Assembly: GCF_004010195.1 (NCBI RefSeq)
Contig: NC_057719.1
Span: 91,334,767 to 91,398,766 of the forward strand
Direction: 5' to 3'
DNA: 64,000 nucleotides
Source of the DNA: Chiloscyllium plagiosum
Lineage: Eukaryota
The notes beneath the pieces were generated by a model, which was given only the letters and a program-made list of their open reading frames with translations, did no database searches and was not told the DNA's origin. Positions 1 through 13,932 of the stretch are shown here, piece by piece. A program made the translations under genes and the position numbers. Numbering within the stretch: the stretch's first letter is position 1; the number at the start of each line of letters is the position of its first letter.

Positions 1-238
1 ATAAATTTAAGGTGAAGGTTGGAAGGTATAGGGGAGATGTCAGGGGTGGGTTCTTTACCCAGAGAGTGGTGGGGGCATGGAATGCGCTGCCTGTGGGAGT
101 GGTAGAGTCAGAATCTTTGGTGACCTTTAAGCGGCAATTGGATAGGTACATGGATGGGTGCTTAAGCTAGGACAAATGTTTGGCACAACATCGTGGGCCG
201 AAGGGCCTGTTCTGTGCTGTATTGTTCTATGTTCTATG
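1..238 (+). mobile_element. CR1 LINE 3' end
   Basis: FFTQRVVGAWNALP motif, CR1-type 3'UTR and (TTCTATG)n tail. Confidence 0.85.
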
Positions 239-239
239 A

Positions 240-460
240 TTCAAGATTCTGGGCACTAACCAACATGCAGTTTACAATGGTCATTCTAAAAGATGAGAGA
301 CTTAAACAATCCAGGTCTTTTTCAGTATATAATTTCAGTTGTATCACACTGTAAACGTTTACTATAAATTATGTGTCTTAAGATCTTCTACGCCACAACC
401 ACCTAGTGCTTCCAAATAAATCTGTTGGACTATAACCTGATGTCGTGATTTTTAACTATA
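240..460 (+). mobile_element. PLE-terminus family D fragment (hammerhead core deleted)
   Basis: Homologous to 55870-56075 (aatttcagtt..atcacactgtaaa...ctgttggactataacctg). Confidence 0.6.
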
Positions 461-524
461 ATCTATGGAAAATAAAGAGCATGAAAACATGGGACGGGTT
501 AAAGCATGAAGACCACTGGCGATC

Positions 525-1195
525 TGTTGCGAGGGGGTCTGTGGTATGCTATTCTCTTCAAAAGGTCACTGTGGCAGGATTTGATAAGAATAGTAGAATG
601 CTCCTACACCGGTTAGCAGAATCAGGTTGGGGCTGAAAGGTCACTATGGCGTGATGAGATAACAATAGAGAGTAAAGTCAGCCTCACCTGCTAAATATCA
701 TCATGGCATGTTGGGACAGGTCGTGACAATAAATATGTAGGACATGACATTAAGTATTTAATTAACAGTTAAGCGTCAACCTGCTTGAGACATTGACATT
801 AAAATACCTAATCATGACATTAGAATAATATTAAGTAGGATCTGGGATGGAAGACTGTTGTTGCAGAGGTTGACAGTAAAATATCTAATCATAACATTAG
901 AATAATAAAGTTGAATGTAAGAAAAACCACAGTGGCAGAAGTAGAGACAATGGGAACTAACATTATTGGTTTATTGTATAGCTGGAGTGAAGTAATACTG
1001 ATTAACACAGTTGGACATGCTGATAAGCTGACAAAAACATGCTAAAAAAGGTATAAAGAGCCATGGACCCTGAGGTTCGAGAGCATTCAAGAATTTGTTT
1101 TCCAAGTGTCATGGTTTTTTGTTTGTAAATAAAAGACCTACTCCTTAAAGGGCTCTCCGCGTCGCCTGGTGATTCTTTACATTTTCTCCACGACA
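525..1195 (+). mobile_element. Probable solo LTR
   Basis: TGT...ACA termini with an imperfect inverted repeat (TGTTGCGA vs TGTCGTGG). TATAAA at about 1053, AATAAA at about 1128, internal direct repeats, and a possible 4-bp TSD gatc/aatc with one mismatch. Confidence 0.45.
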
Positions 1196-1204
1196 AATCA
1201 CAAT

Positions 1205-2480
1205 GGATAGAAGCAGCTCTTCAGCCCATCAAATCCATACGGTCAAAAACATATTACCTAAATTCATCCTACTTTCCTGCACTAGGCTTTGCCTGGACTG
1301 TTATCTCATTTCAAGTGATCATCCAAGTGCTTTTTCAAGGTTACACCCCCACCCTTCAAGCTGTGCACTCTAGAGTTTTTCCTAAAATGCCCTCTAACTC
1401 TCCTGTCTTTCACTTTAAAATTGTGCTCCCATGTTAGTGACCCTTCAACTTAGGAGGAACAACTGCTTTCTATTCACCCCCTCCATGTCCTTCATAATCT
1501 TGTACACCTCTATTAAGTCTCCTCTCAATCTCCTCTGTCCTAAAGGAAAACAACCAGTCTGTCGAATCTCTGTTCATAGCTGAAATGCTCCATCCCAGTA
1601 GCATTCTAGTCAATCTCACTTGTAGCCCCTCCATTGCAATCACATCCTCCCCATAACTCAGTGAGCAGAACTGCACACCGTACTTTAGCTCTGGCTGAAC
1701 CAAAGTTTTGTGCAGCTCCAGCATAATCTCTCTGCTCTTAATTAATGCCACAATTGATGTAGGGAAACATCCCATATGCCTTCCTAACCATCTTATTAAC
1801 TAGTCCTGACACTATCAATCAGTGATCTGTGGAAAAGCACCCAAAGATCTCTCTATTCCTCTGAGCTCCCTCGTATCATGCTATTCACTGAATACACCCC
1901 TATCTTGTTCCTTCTTCCAAGTGTACGACCTCACTTCCATCGGACTCATCAAATGAGATTAAATTCTATCTGCCATCAATCTGCCAAACTGACCAATTCA
2001 TTTATATCCTGCTGTGACCTTCTTCCTCACCATCAACCACCTATCCAATCTCTGTCATCTACAAGCTATCATCCTCCCTACATTCTCAACTATATTTATG
2101 AATACCACAAAGAATAAGGGACACAGTACCATTTCCTGTGGCACACCACTGCACACTGGGCTCCAGTCACACAAACTGCCTTTTACTACCACTGTCTGTT
2201 CCCTGTCACTAAGCCAATTTTTGACCTATTTGTCAATTTATCTTGGATTCAACGAGCCTTTAGCTTCTTTATTAGTTTTCCCTGTGGGACCTTGTCAAAC
2301 GGCTTTGCTGAAATTCATATAAACTGTGTCAACTTCCCTACCCTCATTCATACACTTGATACCCAGTAGAATGTTTTGAGGAGGTTTTGTTAGGTATGAC
2401 TGCCCTCTGACAAAGCCATGCCTGATCAAACCTTAACTCTCTAATTGAAGGTTAATTTTCTCCTCCACATTTTTCCAACA
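1205..2480 (-). mobile_element. Decayed CR1 LINE (RT to 3' end)
   Basis: ORF remnants LVQPELKYGVQF; minus-strand YMNFSKAV and GVPQ motifs. Confidence 0.75.
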
Positions 2481-2649
2481 TTTAGATTCACGGATCAATC
2501 GTTCCCAGATCTATCTCTACCACCCTTCTTGTAACATGGAACCACATTAGCTGTTCTCCAGTCCTCTGGAACCTCATCTGTACAAATGTATAAGTAAAAC
2601 ATGTTAACAGCTGCTTCTCTATCCATGGATGCTATCTGACTTGCTGAGC

Positions 2650-4900
2650 AGTCTTTCGTCCAACTAGTCCACGCCAATCATAACCCCAAACTAAACTGGT
2701 CCTACCTGCCTGCTCCTGGCCGATATCCCTTCAAATCTTTCCTATTCATGTACTTACCTAAATGTCTTTTATACATTGTAATTGTACCCACATCCACCAC
2801 TTCCACAGAAACTTCAATTCACAAGGAAACGACCCTCTTAAAGAATTTCCCCTTATGTCTGTTTTAAATCTCTCCTCTCACCTTAAAAATGTGCCCCCAG
2901 TCTCAAGATCCCCCATCCTAGGGAAAAGACAACTAACATTAACTCTATACCTCTCATTACCTTATAAACGTCTAATAGTATAAAAAGAAAGATAACCTAT
3001 GCTCTAGTGGAAAATGTCCCATCCTGTCCAGCCTTTCTTTATAACTCAAACCTTCCATATCCAGCAGCATCCTGGTGAATCTCTTCTGAACCCTCTCCAC
3101 CTTAATATCGTTATATAACTGGGTGACCAAAACTGGACAAAGTATTCCAAAAGAGGCCTCACCAATCTCCTGTACAACCTCAACATGACTTCCCAACTCC
3201 TGTACGCAAAGGACTGAGCAATGAAGGTAAGCATGCCAAACATCTTTTTAACCACCCTGTCTATATGACGCAAACTTCAAAGAATTATGTACCTACACCA
3301 CTACAATACTACCCATTAATTGTTGTCCGAAAATGTAATACCTCAATTTATCCAGATTGAACTCCATCTCCCAATTTTAAGCCCATTGACCCATTTGATC
3401 AAGACCCCTTTGTAATCTAAGAAAGTCTTTTTCACTGTCAATTCTAAGACCATAAGATATAGAAGCAAAAATTAGGCCATTCAGCCCACTGAATGGTGGA
3501 GCAGACTCAAATCATGGCTGACACATTTCTCAACCCAATTCCTCTGCTTTCTCCCTGTAACACTTGACAGTCAAGAACCTGTCTCAGTCTTAAATATACT
3601 CAATGACTTGGCCTCCACAGCTTCCTGTGGCAGTGAATTCCATAAATGCACCACTCTGTGGCTGAAGAAGTTTCTCCTTCTCTCCATCCTAAAATGTATT
3701 CCCTTTACTCTCAGACGGTGTCCTCGGGTCCTGGTCTCTTACTGATGGAAACATCTTCCCAAAATCCACTCTGTCCGGGCCGTTCAGTATTCACTTTCAA
3801 TTAGAACGCCCGCAACCCCCCCCCCCCCGCCCCCAATCCTTCTAAACTCCATCAAGTATAGACCCAGAGTCCTCAAACATTCCTCATGTTAAGCTGGTCA
3901 TTCCTGAGTCCATTCTCATGAACCTCCTCTGAGCATGCCTCAGGGCCAGTACATCCTTTCTGAGATATGGGGTTCAAATGGTGCACACAATACTCCAGAT
4001 ATGGTCTGACCAGAGCCTTACAGCCTGAGAAGTGCATCCCTGCCTTTATATTCAAGTCCATTCAAAATAAAGTGCCAATATTTAATTTGCCTTCCTAACT
4101 ACTGACTCAATCTGCAAGGTTATCTTGACAGAATCATGAATTAGAACTCCCAAGTTTCTTTGTACTTCAGACTTTTGAATTTTCTACCCATTTAGAAAAT
4201 TGTCCATGCCTCTATTCTTCTTACCAAAAAGTGTATGACCTCACACTTACCCATGTTGTACACCATCTGCCACTTCTTTGCCCAAATCCTTCTGCAGCCT
4301 CCCCGTCTGCTTAATATTACCTGTCCCTCTATCTATCTTTGCTTTATCTGCAAGCTTAGCTAGAATGCCCTCACAGTTCCTTCATCCAGATCGTTAAATG
4401 TATCAAGTAAAATGTTGTGGTTCCATCACTGACCCTTGCGGAGCACCACTTGTCACTGGCTTCCATCTGGAGAAAGACCCTTATATTCCCACTCTCTGCT
4501 TTTTGCCAGACAGCCAATCTTCTATCTATACTAAGCACCTTGCCGAACACCCTAGGCCCTTATCTTACTCATTAGCTTTCTATGTGGCACCTTCTCAAAG
4601 TCCAGGTAAATAACACACATTGGCTCTCCTTGGTCTAACCAGCTCATTACCTTTCTCAAACAATTCTAGCAGATTGGTCAGGCATGATTCCCATTGATGT
4701 AACCATGCTAATTTTGCTTATGTGCCATGCACTTCCAAGTATTCAGAAATCACATCCTTCACAATGGACTCCAAACTCTTACCCACAACCAAGGTTAGAC
4801 TAATCAGCCTGTAATTTTCTATCTTTCGCCTTACTCCCTTTTTAAACAGGGGTGTCACATTAGCGATTTTCCAGTCTTCTGGGATCCTCCCCGACTCTAG
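2650..4900 (-). mobile_element. Two adjacent decayed CR1 LINE fragments (about 2650-3440 and 3445-4900)
   Basis: LVRPLLEYFVQFWSP, ERVQKRFTRML and LVRPYLEYCV remnants; CR1 3' tails. Confidence 0.8.
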
Positions 4901-5078
4901 GGTAGAGGTTGGTACAATTATAACATTTAAAAGGCATCTGGGTGGGTATACGAATAGGAAGGAGTTAGAGGGATATAAGCCAAATTCTGGTAAACGGGAC
5001 TAAATTAAGTTAGGATATCTGGTCAACATGGACGAGTTGGATCAAAAGATCTGTTTCTGTGCTGCACATGTCTATGAC
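4900..5078 (+). mobile_element. CR1 3'UTR fragment
   Basis: Same 3'UTR as 18590-18770 and 48890-49065. Confidence 0.7.
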
Positions 5079-6459
5079 TTGATGTTCCCATACAGACAGC
5101 CTATGCACAGCTTGATACAGCCACACACCCTCCAGAAGGAAACGCTTGAATGCTGTTTCTGCTGATAATGCACCTTTCAGCCCATCAGTAAAGTAACTCT
5201 CCCCGGTCACTGGCCTGCAAATGCAGCAATTTTACTTTGGTGGTTCCTGCCAGCTTCACAGAACCTTTAAGCTGGGAATTGGCAGCCTAAGCACTCCAAT
5301 AGCCTCAAATGACAAAACAAAACTAAAGGCATGGACTTGTTAAACACAATGAACGTGAGAATTTCACTGAAACACTGACTTGGGTATTACTAACCAATGC
5401 GCTCTATATTCTCATCCAAGTCATTTATGTAAATGACAAACAAAAGAGGACTCAGAACTGATCCGATTGGAACACCGCTGGTGACAGACCTCCTGTCCAA
5501 AAAGCAACCCTCCACCATCACTATCTCCTGTCATTAAACTAATTATGTATCGAATTGGCAAGCTCACCCCGAATCCCATGTGACCTAACTTTATTAATTA
5601 GTCTACCACGCAGATCCTTGTCCGAAGGATTTACTAAAATTCAAGTAAACAACATCTACAATCCTTTTGTTAACTTCGTCAAAAAACTCAATCAAGTTTG
5701 TAAGACATAAATTTCATCGGGGTCGTCAGCATGGTTTTGCACAACCAATTTTATTTTCCTCTCCAAATGTCTATAAATCCTATATTTCATATTTACCTCC
5801 AACAATTTACCCACAACCGGAGTCAAGCTCACAGATACCCAGTTTATCCTTATAACCTGTCTTTAAAAAAAGTACAATCTTTCTTAAAGGTACATTAGCC
5901 ACCCTCCAGTCAGCAGGTTGGTTTATCATGTCAGCAGCAGTCAAAACCACCAAACTATTCTAATCCCATCTTCCAACACTTGTCCAATAGTCTCGTATGT
6001 CTTGGCATTACAAGATTTAGATCTAAACACTTCTTGAATGTTATGAGGATTTCTGAATCTCTACCACCCTTATAAGCAGTGAGTTCTAAAGTCCTACCAT
6101 CAAGTGAATGAAAAAAAAGTTACCTCACATTTCCACTAAACCTTCTACCTTTCACTTTAAATCTATACCACCTCATCATAGATCCCTCCACCAGGGGGAA
6201 AAGTTTCTACCTGTGTATTCTATGCCCTTCATGTATCTCAATCATGCCCCCTCTCAATCTCCTCTGCTCTAAAAGGAAAATAATCCTGTCTGTCTTAAGC
6301 CTCATTATTTTCACATGAAAACATTTGTATTAAACCAATAAATTCTTCCTCAATTTTTTTTAAGTGTCCTTAGGCTTAAAGCATCATCAAGAACACAGTT
6401 AGGAGCAAGGAAACTAGCAGGGCAGATGCAAGAATCAGACACAGGGCAATTCAATACTA

Positions 6460-6615
6460 TGGAAACCAAAAGAACTACAGAATTTGCTGGAAAACCTCAG
6501 CAGGTCCAGGAAGACCTGCGGAGAGAAATCAGACTCTTAATTCAATGTTAACTCTGATTTCTCTCCACAGATGCTGCCAGACCTGCTGAACTTTTCCAGC
6601 AATTTCTGCTTGTGT
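6460..6615. mobile_element. Diverged fold-back PLE-terminus element (family E)
   Basis: Imperfect inverted arms at about 6481-6533 and 6553-6605; same family as 62400-62500. Confidence 0.6.
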
Positions 6616-9600
6616 AGTCAATGCTATCAACTGGATTTGCAGCCACCCATTAGACCAGGATCAGAACATGTAGAGCTAATATAGCTTTGCTGGTTTGTCT
6701 GCTGGTTCCATCAACTCCATTCCACCTCCAGGTCATGTTTGCATTAGATAAGGTTGTCAAATGTGTAGAATTATATCCCTGTTAAGAGTAAGCAGCCAAT
6801 TAGACTCAATAAAGAGCTAAGTCAGGGTAATTCTTCAGTTGTCTTTGAATACTTAGGAGGGAGGGGCTAGTTTACATGGCTGGAGGTGGATACCAAATTC
6901 AGGCCACCACCTCTGTCTGCCGACAGACTCATCCACAGAATGATTCTCCTCCTGCAGTGGGGACCTAAAAGCTGAATTTATTTTTAATTCAACAATTTTA
7001 AATAAGCATTGGAGAGAGAGTGCTTCCATTTTGAAGTATCCTCGATCTCTCTCACTTTCCTTTCATCACAATCTGCTGCATCTTTCAGGGTGAAAGGTCT
7101 CAGATTGGCTCTTGTATTTTGAAAACCTGGTAGCTATCCTTAACTGAATGACAAATGTGCCATCTGGTCCTCTGACTTCCATGGGAAATCACAGGAGAGC
7201 AATGCACAAGCTTTTTCCCTCCCAAGTGTCCCCAAGGGAAAATCCAGACCTATCAGTTTTCCCAACAGTTTCCCAACAGGACTTAAAGACAGCATTGTGC
7301 TACATTTCCACGTATACCACAGAATCTAGTGTCCTCGAAGATATGCACTTTAGCTAATTAGTGCCTTGTGATACAGGACTGCCACTTTAAGTGCAGATGA
7401 TTAATTGCAAACAATGCCCCTGCAGCACAGCTCACGTCTTATGACTTCAGAATGCTAATGAAACCAATAACATAAAAATGACAAGTCTCAGATTTCTAGC
7501 CTTCACCTTTTCGAAGGTTGTCAGCCAGTATTAGTAAAAAGATTGGCTTACATTTCAAGCAAGCAATTTTTTTGGGGGGGTTGGGTAGAGAAAGCGAGGA
7601 GAGAGAAGGAATGGAGAGGAAAATCAATCAAATAATGATATTGTCTGCCAGGAATTTGGTATTTTAATCTTATCAATTTAATGGGCTTCACATACTTTGT
7701 GTACATTAAAGTGAATATCAATCTGTGTAGTGGCACAGATTTTCAAAAAACAAACAGGAAAAATAAACCTCCAAATGTTACGTATCCCCCTTGCGACTGC
7801 TATGTGATGTATTAGAAACAATTTATTTTTGTCAGCTTAATCTGGACAAGGAACGTCTCGAGAAACAACTGAACAAATTAGTCTTGAAAGAAACACAATA
7901 AGTTGTAAACTAGCTTTGCAGGTTGGAACAGTGCATTTGAGATGTTAAAGTCAGAGGGATCACTGAAGCTACCAAGTGTTATTTTCAATTTGTTGAAATA
8001 TTCCTGTGTCAATAGGCTTTTCATCCACTCATGAGGGACACCTGATCCACATAATGTAGGCCAATTCAATCAGTCCACTTACAGACTACTCAAGCCAACT
8101 TTATTCCCCACTCTAGCAAATCCCAATAGTACTTTCTGCTGAAGCACATTTTACAGTGTCCTGGAGACAGAGAGAAAATGTAAAACCTACAATATCTCAG
8201 CAAAAAAGCAAAATCTCCCAAGGTTAAGAGAATATTGACGGAAATGAAGGACTAGACTAATAAGACTATTAAATTCTTGTAACTACCAACACAGCACAGC
8301 TCTCCATTACTTCCATGCTGTAAGAACGAGTACCTCAAAGTCAAAGTCAGTCAGTCATTAATGAGCCAGAATTTGCTCCATATAAACACAGATAAACTTA
8401 AAGCTTTTGATGTTGTCAGCCCCACATCACTGTCATGCTTCAACCTGAGTGAGCTGCCAAGGAAAGGAAAATAGTTCGAGTAGCAGAAAAGTTCAGAGCT
8501 TTAAATCCCACCACCTACAAAGAGTGCATGAACATTTTTGAGTCACTCTGACTCCAATGTTCAAAATACATGGGATGGTGGACAAATTCACCCCTGAAAG
8601 CCCCCAAAAGTCAGGAAAATTCAATTACAAGGGCAACGAACCTAAAGAAAGGTTACTGCATATATAGGAGAGAGAGAGAGAGATGTGCAGCAGGAGGAGC
8701 AGCTCACCCAGTCACAGATTTTGACCTTGCTGGTTCTTCAGTCTCTGAATCTGTGACATCTTTAAAGCAACATTGAACACCTACTTGGGAATAAAATTTA
8801 CCACTTGGGACCAGATAGAAAGAAAATTAAAATTTAAAAACAAGTTACTTTTTTGCTCCAATATTCTTGATGCTCTGAGACAGGCCATTTCTCCCTATTC
8901 TCTAGTCCTTCATGGTGATGGGTCTTTATACTAGAATGGAATTTGCCTCTCTTCCTCCTGCATCCACTCCTGGGTGTGCATCAATTAATTCTGAAGAAAC
9001 AGCACTTCTTCACCTGTGGCACTATCAAGGTTTTGAGAATCTTATGGGGGTTACCAATGTTTGAGTGCTGAGTGGGACAAGCAGCAGACAACACGAAGCT
9101 GGCAATGACAGAGACAGTGAAATTGAGAAGTAACTGAAAACAAACAGTTACAGGTCAGTTTCCCATTACAACAACTCCAAATCAATCTTTCAGACAGCAA
9201 CCAATGTTTTCACAGATCCTGCAGGTGGCTCTAAAAAGGATCTTCAGATTTATTTTGATTTCCACTTAACTCATTCTATGCTTGACTAATGCATTGGTAA
9301 TGAGAGAAGGCTTTACCGCATTCAAGATCGCGACTGGAATCATTGCTCACAGTTCAATGACCAATCTATATGCTTTTCCTCTGGGAGTGGTAGAAGATGT
9401 GATTTCCCAAGCTCTGCAATAATTCCCACCTCTATCGAAACTCTGCCCCAATTCCTAAATAAAATTAACAGCAGGACAATTGCAGCAGCTTTGCAAAGGG
9501 ACCCAAGCACTAGAAACCCAACAGCACCACGGCCAGAATATGACATCTTGGAGGGATGTATAGCAAGAGATGATTAGTGGAATAGGGAACAGTGAGGCTA

Positions 9601-11198
9601 TGACAGCTTTTGGAAAGATGAACAAGAATTTTAAAATCAAAAAGATTTGTGTTAGAGTGGGAACCAACGTGGGATAGCGAGCTCACACTGTTCTAGATTT
9701 GAAGACCAGCCGGGGATGCATTAGAATCGTCGAGTATACAAGTAATGAAAGCATGACAAATGGTTTCTGCAAATTCTAAGATAAAATACACACACAGGCA
9801 CACTCACAGGAATGGGTTTTGTTACATATGCTGCTTTATCTTAAAGAAAGAAACCCTAGAAGATTCAACAGAAACTCAAAGTAATGATACTACATGACTC
9901 CACTCTCATTAACTTCTTTATTGGGTAATGAAAACATAGCCCCTGAGAAAATCTCAAATATAAACCTTCAAAATAAATATTGACCTTGCTTCTTACCTCA
10001 ACTCATTATCAACAATTAGACTTAAGTTCTCTCTCAAACTCCTTCTTTCCATCCTTCATAAATTCTTAACTGTCCAAACACTTCTTGAATCCCACGTTTG
10101 ATTGAATCCCACTCAGTAGAACCCCACTTTTTGCTGATATACCATGGATCCCCATTCCACCAATAGACAAACATCAAAATATTTATCTACAATGACATCT
10201 CGCCAGTCCCAGCCTAACTGTCTCCGTATTGTGTCCTACCAACGGTCTCACTCAGATCTCCTTAACATCCAATTCTTCAGCAATTTTGATATTCCCATCT
10301 GGAACACCTTCAAAGATGGTTGCTTTCTCTACTTTGCATTTGACTGATAAAACGTCATTTCAAATTATTTCTCTTTAACTATATTTGGTCACTTTTAAGC
10401 AACCTGTAACAACTTTCCTCCGGCATGCTTATTGATGCCAAAACACCCAAAGAAATTAAGGTTGTAATGAATTAGTTAGTTAGTTAAAACTAAGTGTTCT
10501 ATTTCTAATGATTAAGTGCGTTAGCCATGGAAAATGCAGGGTTACGGGATATGGTAGGGAGAAATCGGTCTGGGTGGGATGCTCTTTGGAGGGTTGGTGA
10601 GGACTTGTTGAGCCAAATGGCCTGTTTCCTTACTGTGGGGATTATATATATAATATCCTGTGGGATACTGACACAGACATGGAGAGGCCATTCTCTTCTA
10701 CTGGAGATTCTCGATCTAGGGGTCACTGTTTACAATCAGGGTTCACTTATTGAAGACAGAGATTAGTTCTGAAAAGGTGGTGGCAGCAGTGTCCTTGAAT
10801 ATCTACAGCTCAGTAAGGGGCAGATCCTTGTTTAGCAATAGGATAACAGGGCGTCAGGGTAAGCAGAAATGTCGATTTGAGGTCACAAATCAGATCAGCC
10901 ACGATCTTGTTGAAGGATGGAGCAAGTTCGAGGGATTAAATGGCATACTTCTGCTCCTAATTCATGTGTATGTTGTCACCAATTCCACAAAAGAAAAATT
11001 GATGCTCAATATGAAAGAGTCAATTTTATTGAACTGGCGGCTGAATCAAATGTCAAAAATCAATGACCAGGCTTCAAATTATTGGAAGTCACAAGCGCAG
11101 TGCCCTTATATATACTAAAAAAGTCTTCCAAAAAGGCATACAAAAGACCACCCCTCAACATACTTTAAAAAAGTCAGTGTACATGCATTGAACACTTT

Positions 11199-12020
11199 AT
11201 AGAACATAGAACAATACAGCACAGAACAGGCCCTTCAGCCCTCAATGTTGCGCCGACCTGTAAACTAATCTAAGCCCACACCTCTACATGATCCCATCAT
11301 CATCCATGTGCTTATCCAAGGATTGTTTAAATTTCCATAATGTGGCTGAGTTAACTACACTGGCAGGCAGGGCAATCCATGCCCTTATCACTGTCTGAGT
11401 AAAGAACCTGCCTCTGACATCTGTCTTAAATCTATGAAGCCTCAATTTGGAGCTATGCCCCCTTGTACAAGCTGATGCCATTATCCTTCTTCGCTATCCA
11501 CTACACCTCCAATTTTGGTGTCATCTGCAAACTTACTAACTAGACCTCTTCTGCTCACATCCAAATCATTTATATAAATGATGCAAAGTAGTGAACCCAG
11601 CACCAACCCTTGTGGCACTCCACTGGTCATAGGCCTCCAGTTCGAAAAACAACCTTCCACCATCACCCTGTCTTCTACCTTTGAGCCAGTTCTGTATCCA
11701 AATAGCTAGTTCTCTCTGCATTCCGCGAAATCTAACTTTGCTAACCAGTCTCCCATGGAGAATCTTGTCAAACGCCTTACTGAAGTCCATATAGATCACA
11801 TCTACCGCTCTGCCCTCATCAATCCTCTTTGTTACTTCTTTCACTGTCTACCCTATCTAATCCTTTGGTCATCTTGTGCGTCTCTATCAAATCCCCCCTT
11901 AGCCTTCTTCTCTCCAATGAGAACAGACCCAAGTCTCTCAGCCTTTCCTCATGAGACGTTCCCTCCAGGCCATGCAACATCCTGGTAAATCTCCTCTGCA
12001 CCTTTTCCAATGCTTCCACA
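11199..12020 (-). mobile_element. Rearranged CR1 LINE
   Basis: YMDFSKAFDK, GVPQGLVLG, KFADDTK and EKVQRRFTRM motifs; (ATAGAAC)n tail at 11199. Confidence 0.85.
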
Positions 12021-12074
12021 TATAATCCTCACAGTTTCCTTCTGCAAGCACATTATGGCTTCCCCAACACAGGA

Positions 12075-12301
12075 TCAGTGACTTTCGCATTTTTGCAGTT
12101 TTCAAAGATTACTTCTGACTCCTCACTCCCAATCACGGCTGCTTACTAATTCCTAGAATATATTCCTGAATTTGTTCGTCAGTGACTTTCGCATTTTTGC
12201 AGTTTTCAAAGACTACTTCTGACTCCTCACTCCCAATCACGGCTGCTTACAATTAGTAATTCAGGAATTACTAATTCAGGAATATATTCCTGAATTTGTT
12301 C
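12075..12301. repeat. Tandem duplication of about 104 bp with an embedded palindrome chain
   Basis: Copies start at 12075 and 12179 (tcagtgactttcgcatttttgc...). Confidence 0.9.
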
Positions 12302-13022
12302 TTCCAGATCAATGCCATCGAACTGCTCAACTTCTTTCTTGCAGTACAGTTTAAAAATCAGCAATCTGAACATGCAGTTTTCCCTTGTCAGTGTCTCTTT
12401 TCCTCCAATTGAGGATGTTATCCCAGGTTATTGTCATTTTGTCAGCTATGAAGCATTTCCCACCCTTTCACAGCGGAAGGCAGTCAGCTAGGTGGAGCGC
12501 CCCATTCCCATTGCCAAAGCCCACCTGTCCGCCTAACTTGTCTGCATTCACAAGACAACACAGAGGACCCATCGCATTCTCCTTGGAGCCAAATACTGCC
12601 TCTCTTGATGGTGTCACAAAGTTGATGGTTTTCTGATTGGGCTGGCAGTTTTCAGAGTCAGGCTGCCATCCTTAATTGGATGCTTGGCCTGACAACAATT
12701 AACTAAGAGGCCAACACAAGGAAAATAGGCACCATGGTCCATCTGCAGCTCAAAGTCAAACTCATGGCGCAAGAGGTACATTACCTGTGCACTTGAGAAA
12801 TATAAGGGATTCTGAGTAATCTAAGAAGGAGGACGGGAAAAATTTCTGGCTTTTTTTTTTGAGGTATTTTAGGTATTGGAGGTGATTTCCTCGAATTTCA
12901 GGAGCAGCAATTACTATTTTATATGCTGTTACATTATTTTGGAACTTTGGAAAAAAAAGTCAAAACAACTGCAGTTTAAAAGGGAGAAGAGCAGACAAAG
13001 GAAGCACATGGTGAGGACAGTG

Positions 13023-13025
<3 letters not shown>

Positions 13026-13053
<28 letters not shown>
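13026..13053. repeat. (GA)n microsatellite
   Basis: Direct observation. Confidence 0.9.
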
Positions 13054-13056
<3 letters not shown>

Positions 13057-13932
13057 CCTGCACAGTTACCGCCTTTGCTGTTTGAATTCGTGTATCGCTG
13101 GACATCGGAGTGCATCTGGGAAAATTAACCAGCAGTGAAATCCACAACTAATCTTGGAGGAACTGTTGGGCGAAGTTCACAGCACAGAATCAGATAAGTT
13201 AATTGTTGTTGAAAATGTGTTGCTGGAAAAGCGCAGCAGTCCAGACAGCATCCAAGGAACAGGAGAACCGACGCCCCGGGCACAAGACCCCCCCCCCCCC
13301 CCAGGAACGAGGAAAGTGCGCCCAGCAGGCCAAGACAAAAGGCAGGGAGGAGGGACCCAGTAAGTCTATTTCCAAATACAACACCTGAAAGCTCTGCTCA
13401 ATATGTTTAGTAGAGTCATAATTCAGATTAAGAAATCTGCAATTAAACTGCCAATGTTAAACTGCCTGTGCAGTGAAGAGTAGAAAAGCAATAAAGGGAA
13501 TCCTGCGAATATTGCATACGTGTTCATTATGCTACTGATCAGACCTTAGGGTTCAAAACTCTTTCCTGATTGAAATCAGCACTTTCGTTTGCTACAAGTG
13601 ATTGATGGCTATTTCAGTTAATACTTTTGTCTAATGATTCAGTTTAAGTAATAAACCAAAATAGTAAGAGTGGCAGAAGAGTAGCTTAAATTTCAAAAAG
13701 GATGATCAAATATGGGATGAATCAATATTGTCTCCAGGTCACTAACAGCTCTGATTAACCTATTGTGGCAATGGAAGCATGGAACGTGACTTCAACATTG
13801 GGAAAAGCCCATGAAAGAGAAGAAACAGAGATCTTGAAACACATTCATTATGCACACCAGCTCAGAAAGCTGAAACGTATCTAAGTTTGACTGAAGATCG
13901 CATGTTTTTACAAGCTAGCATGCCTGCGTATA

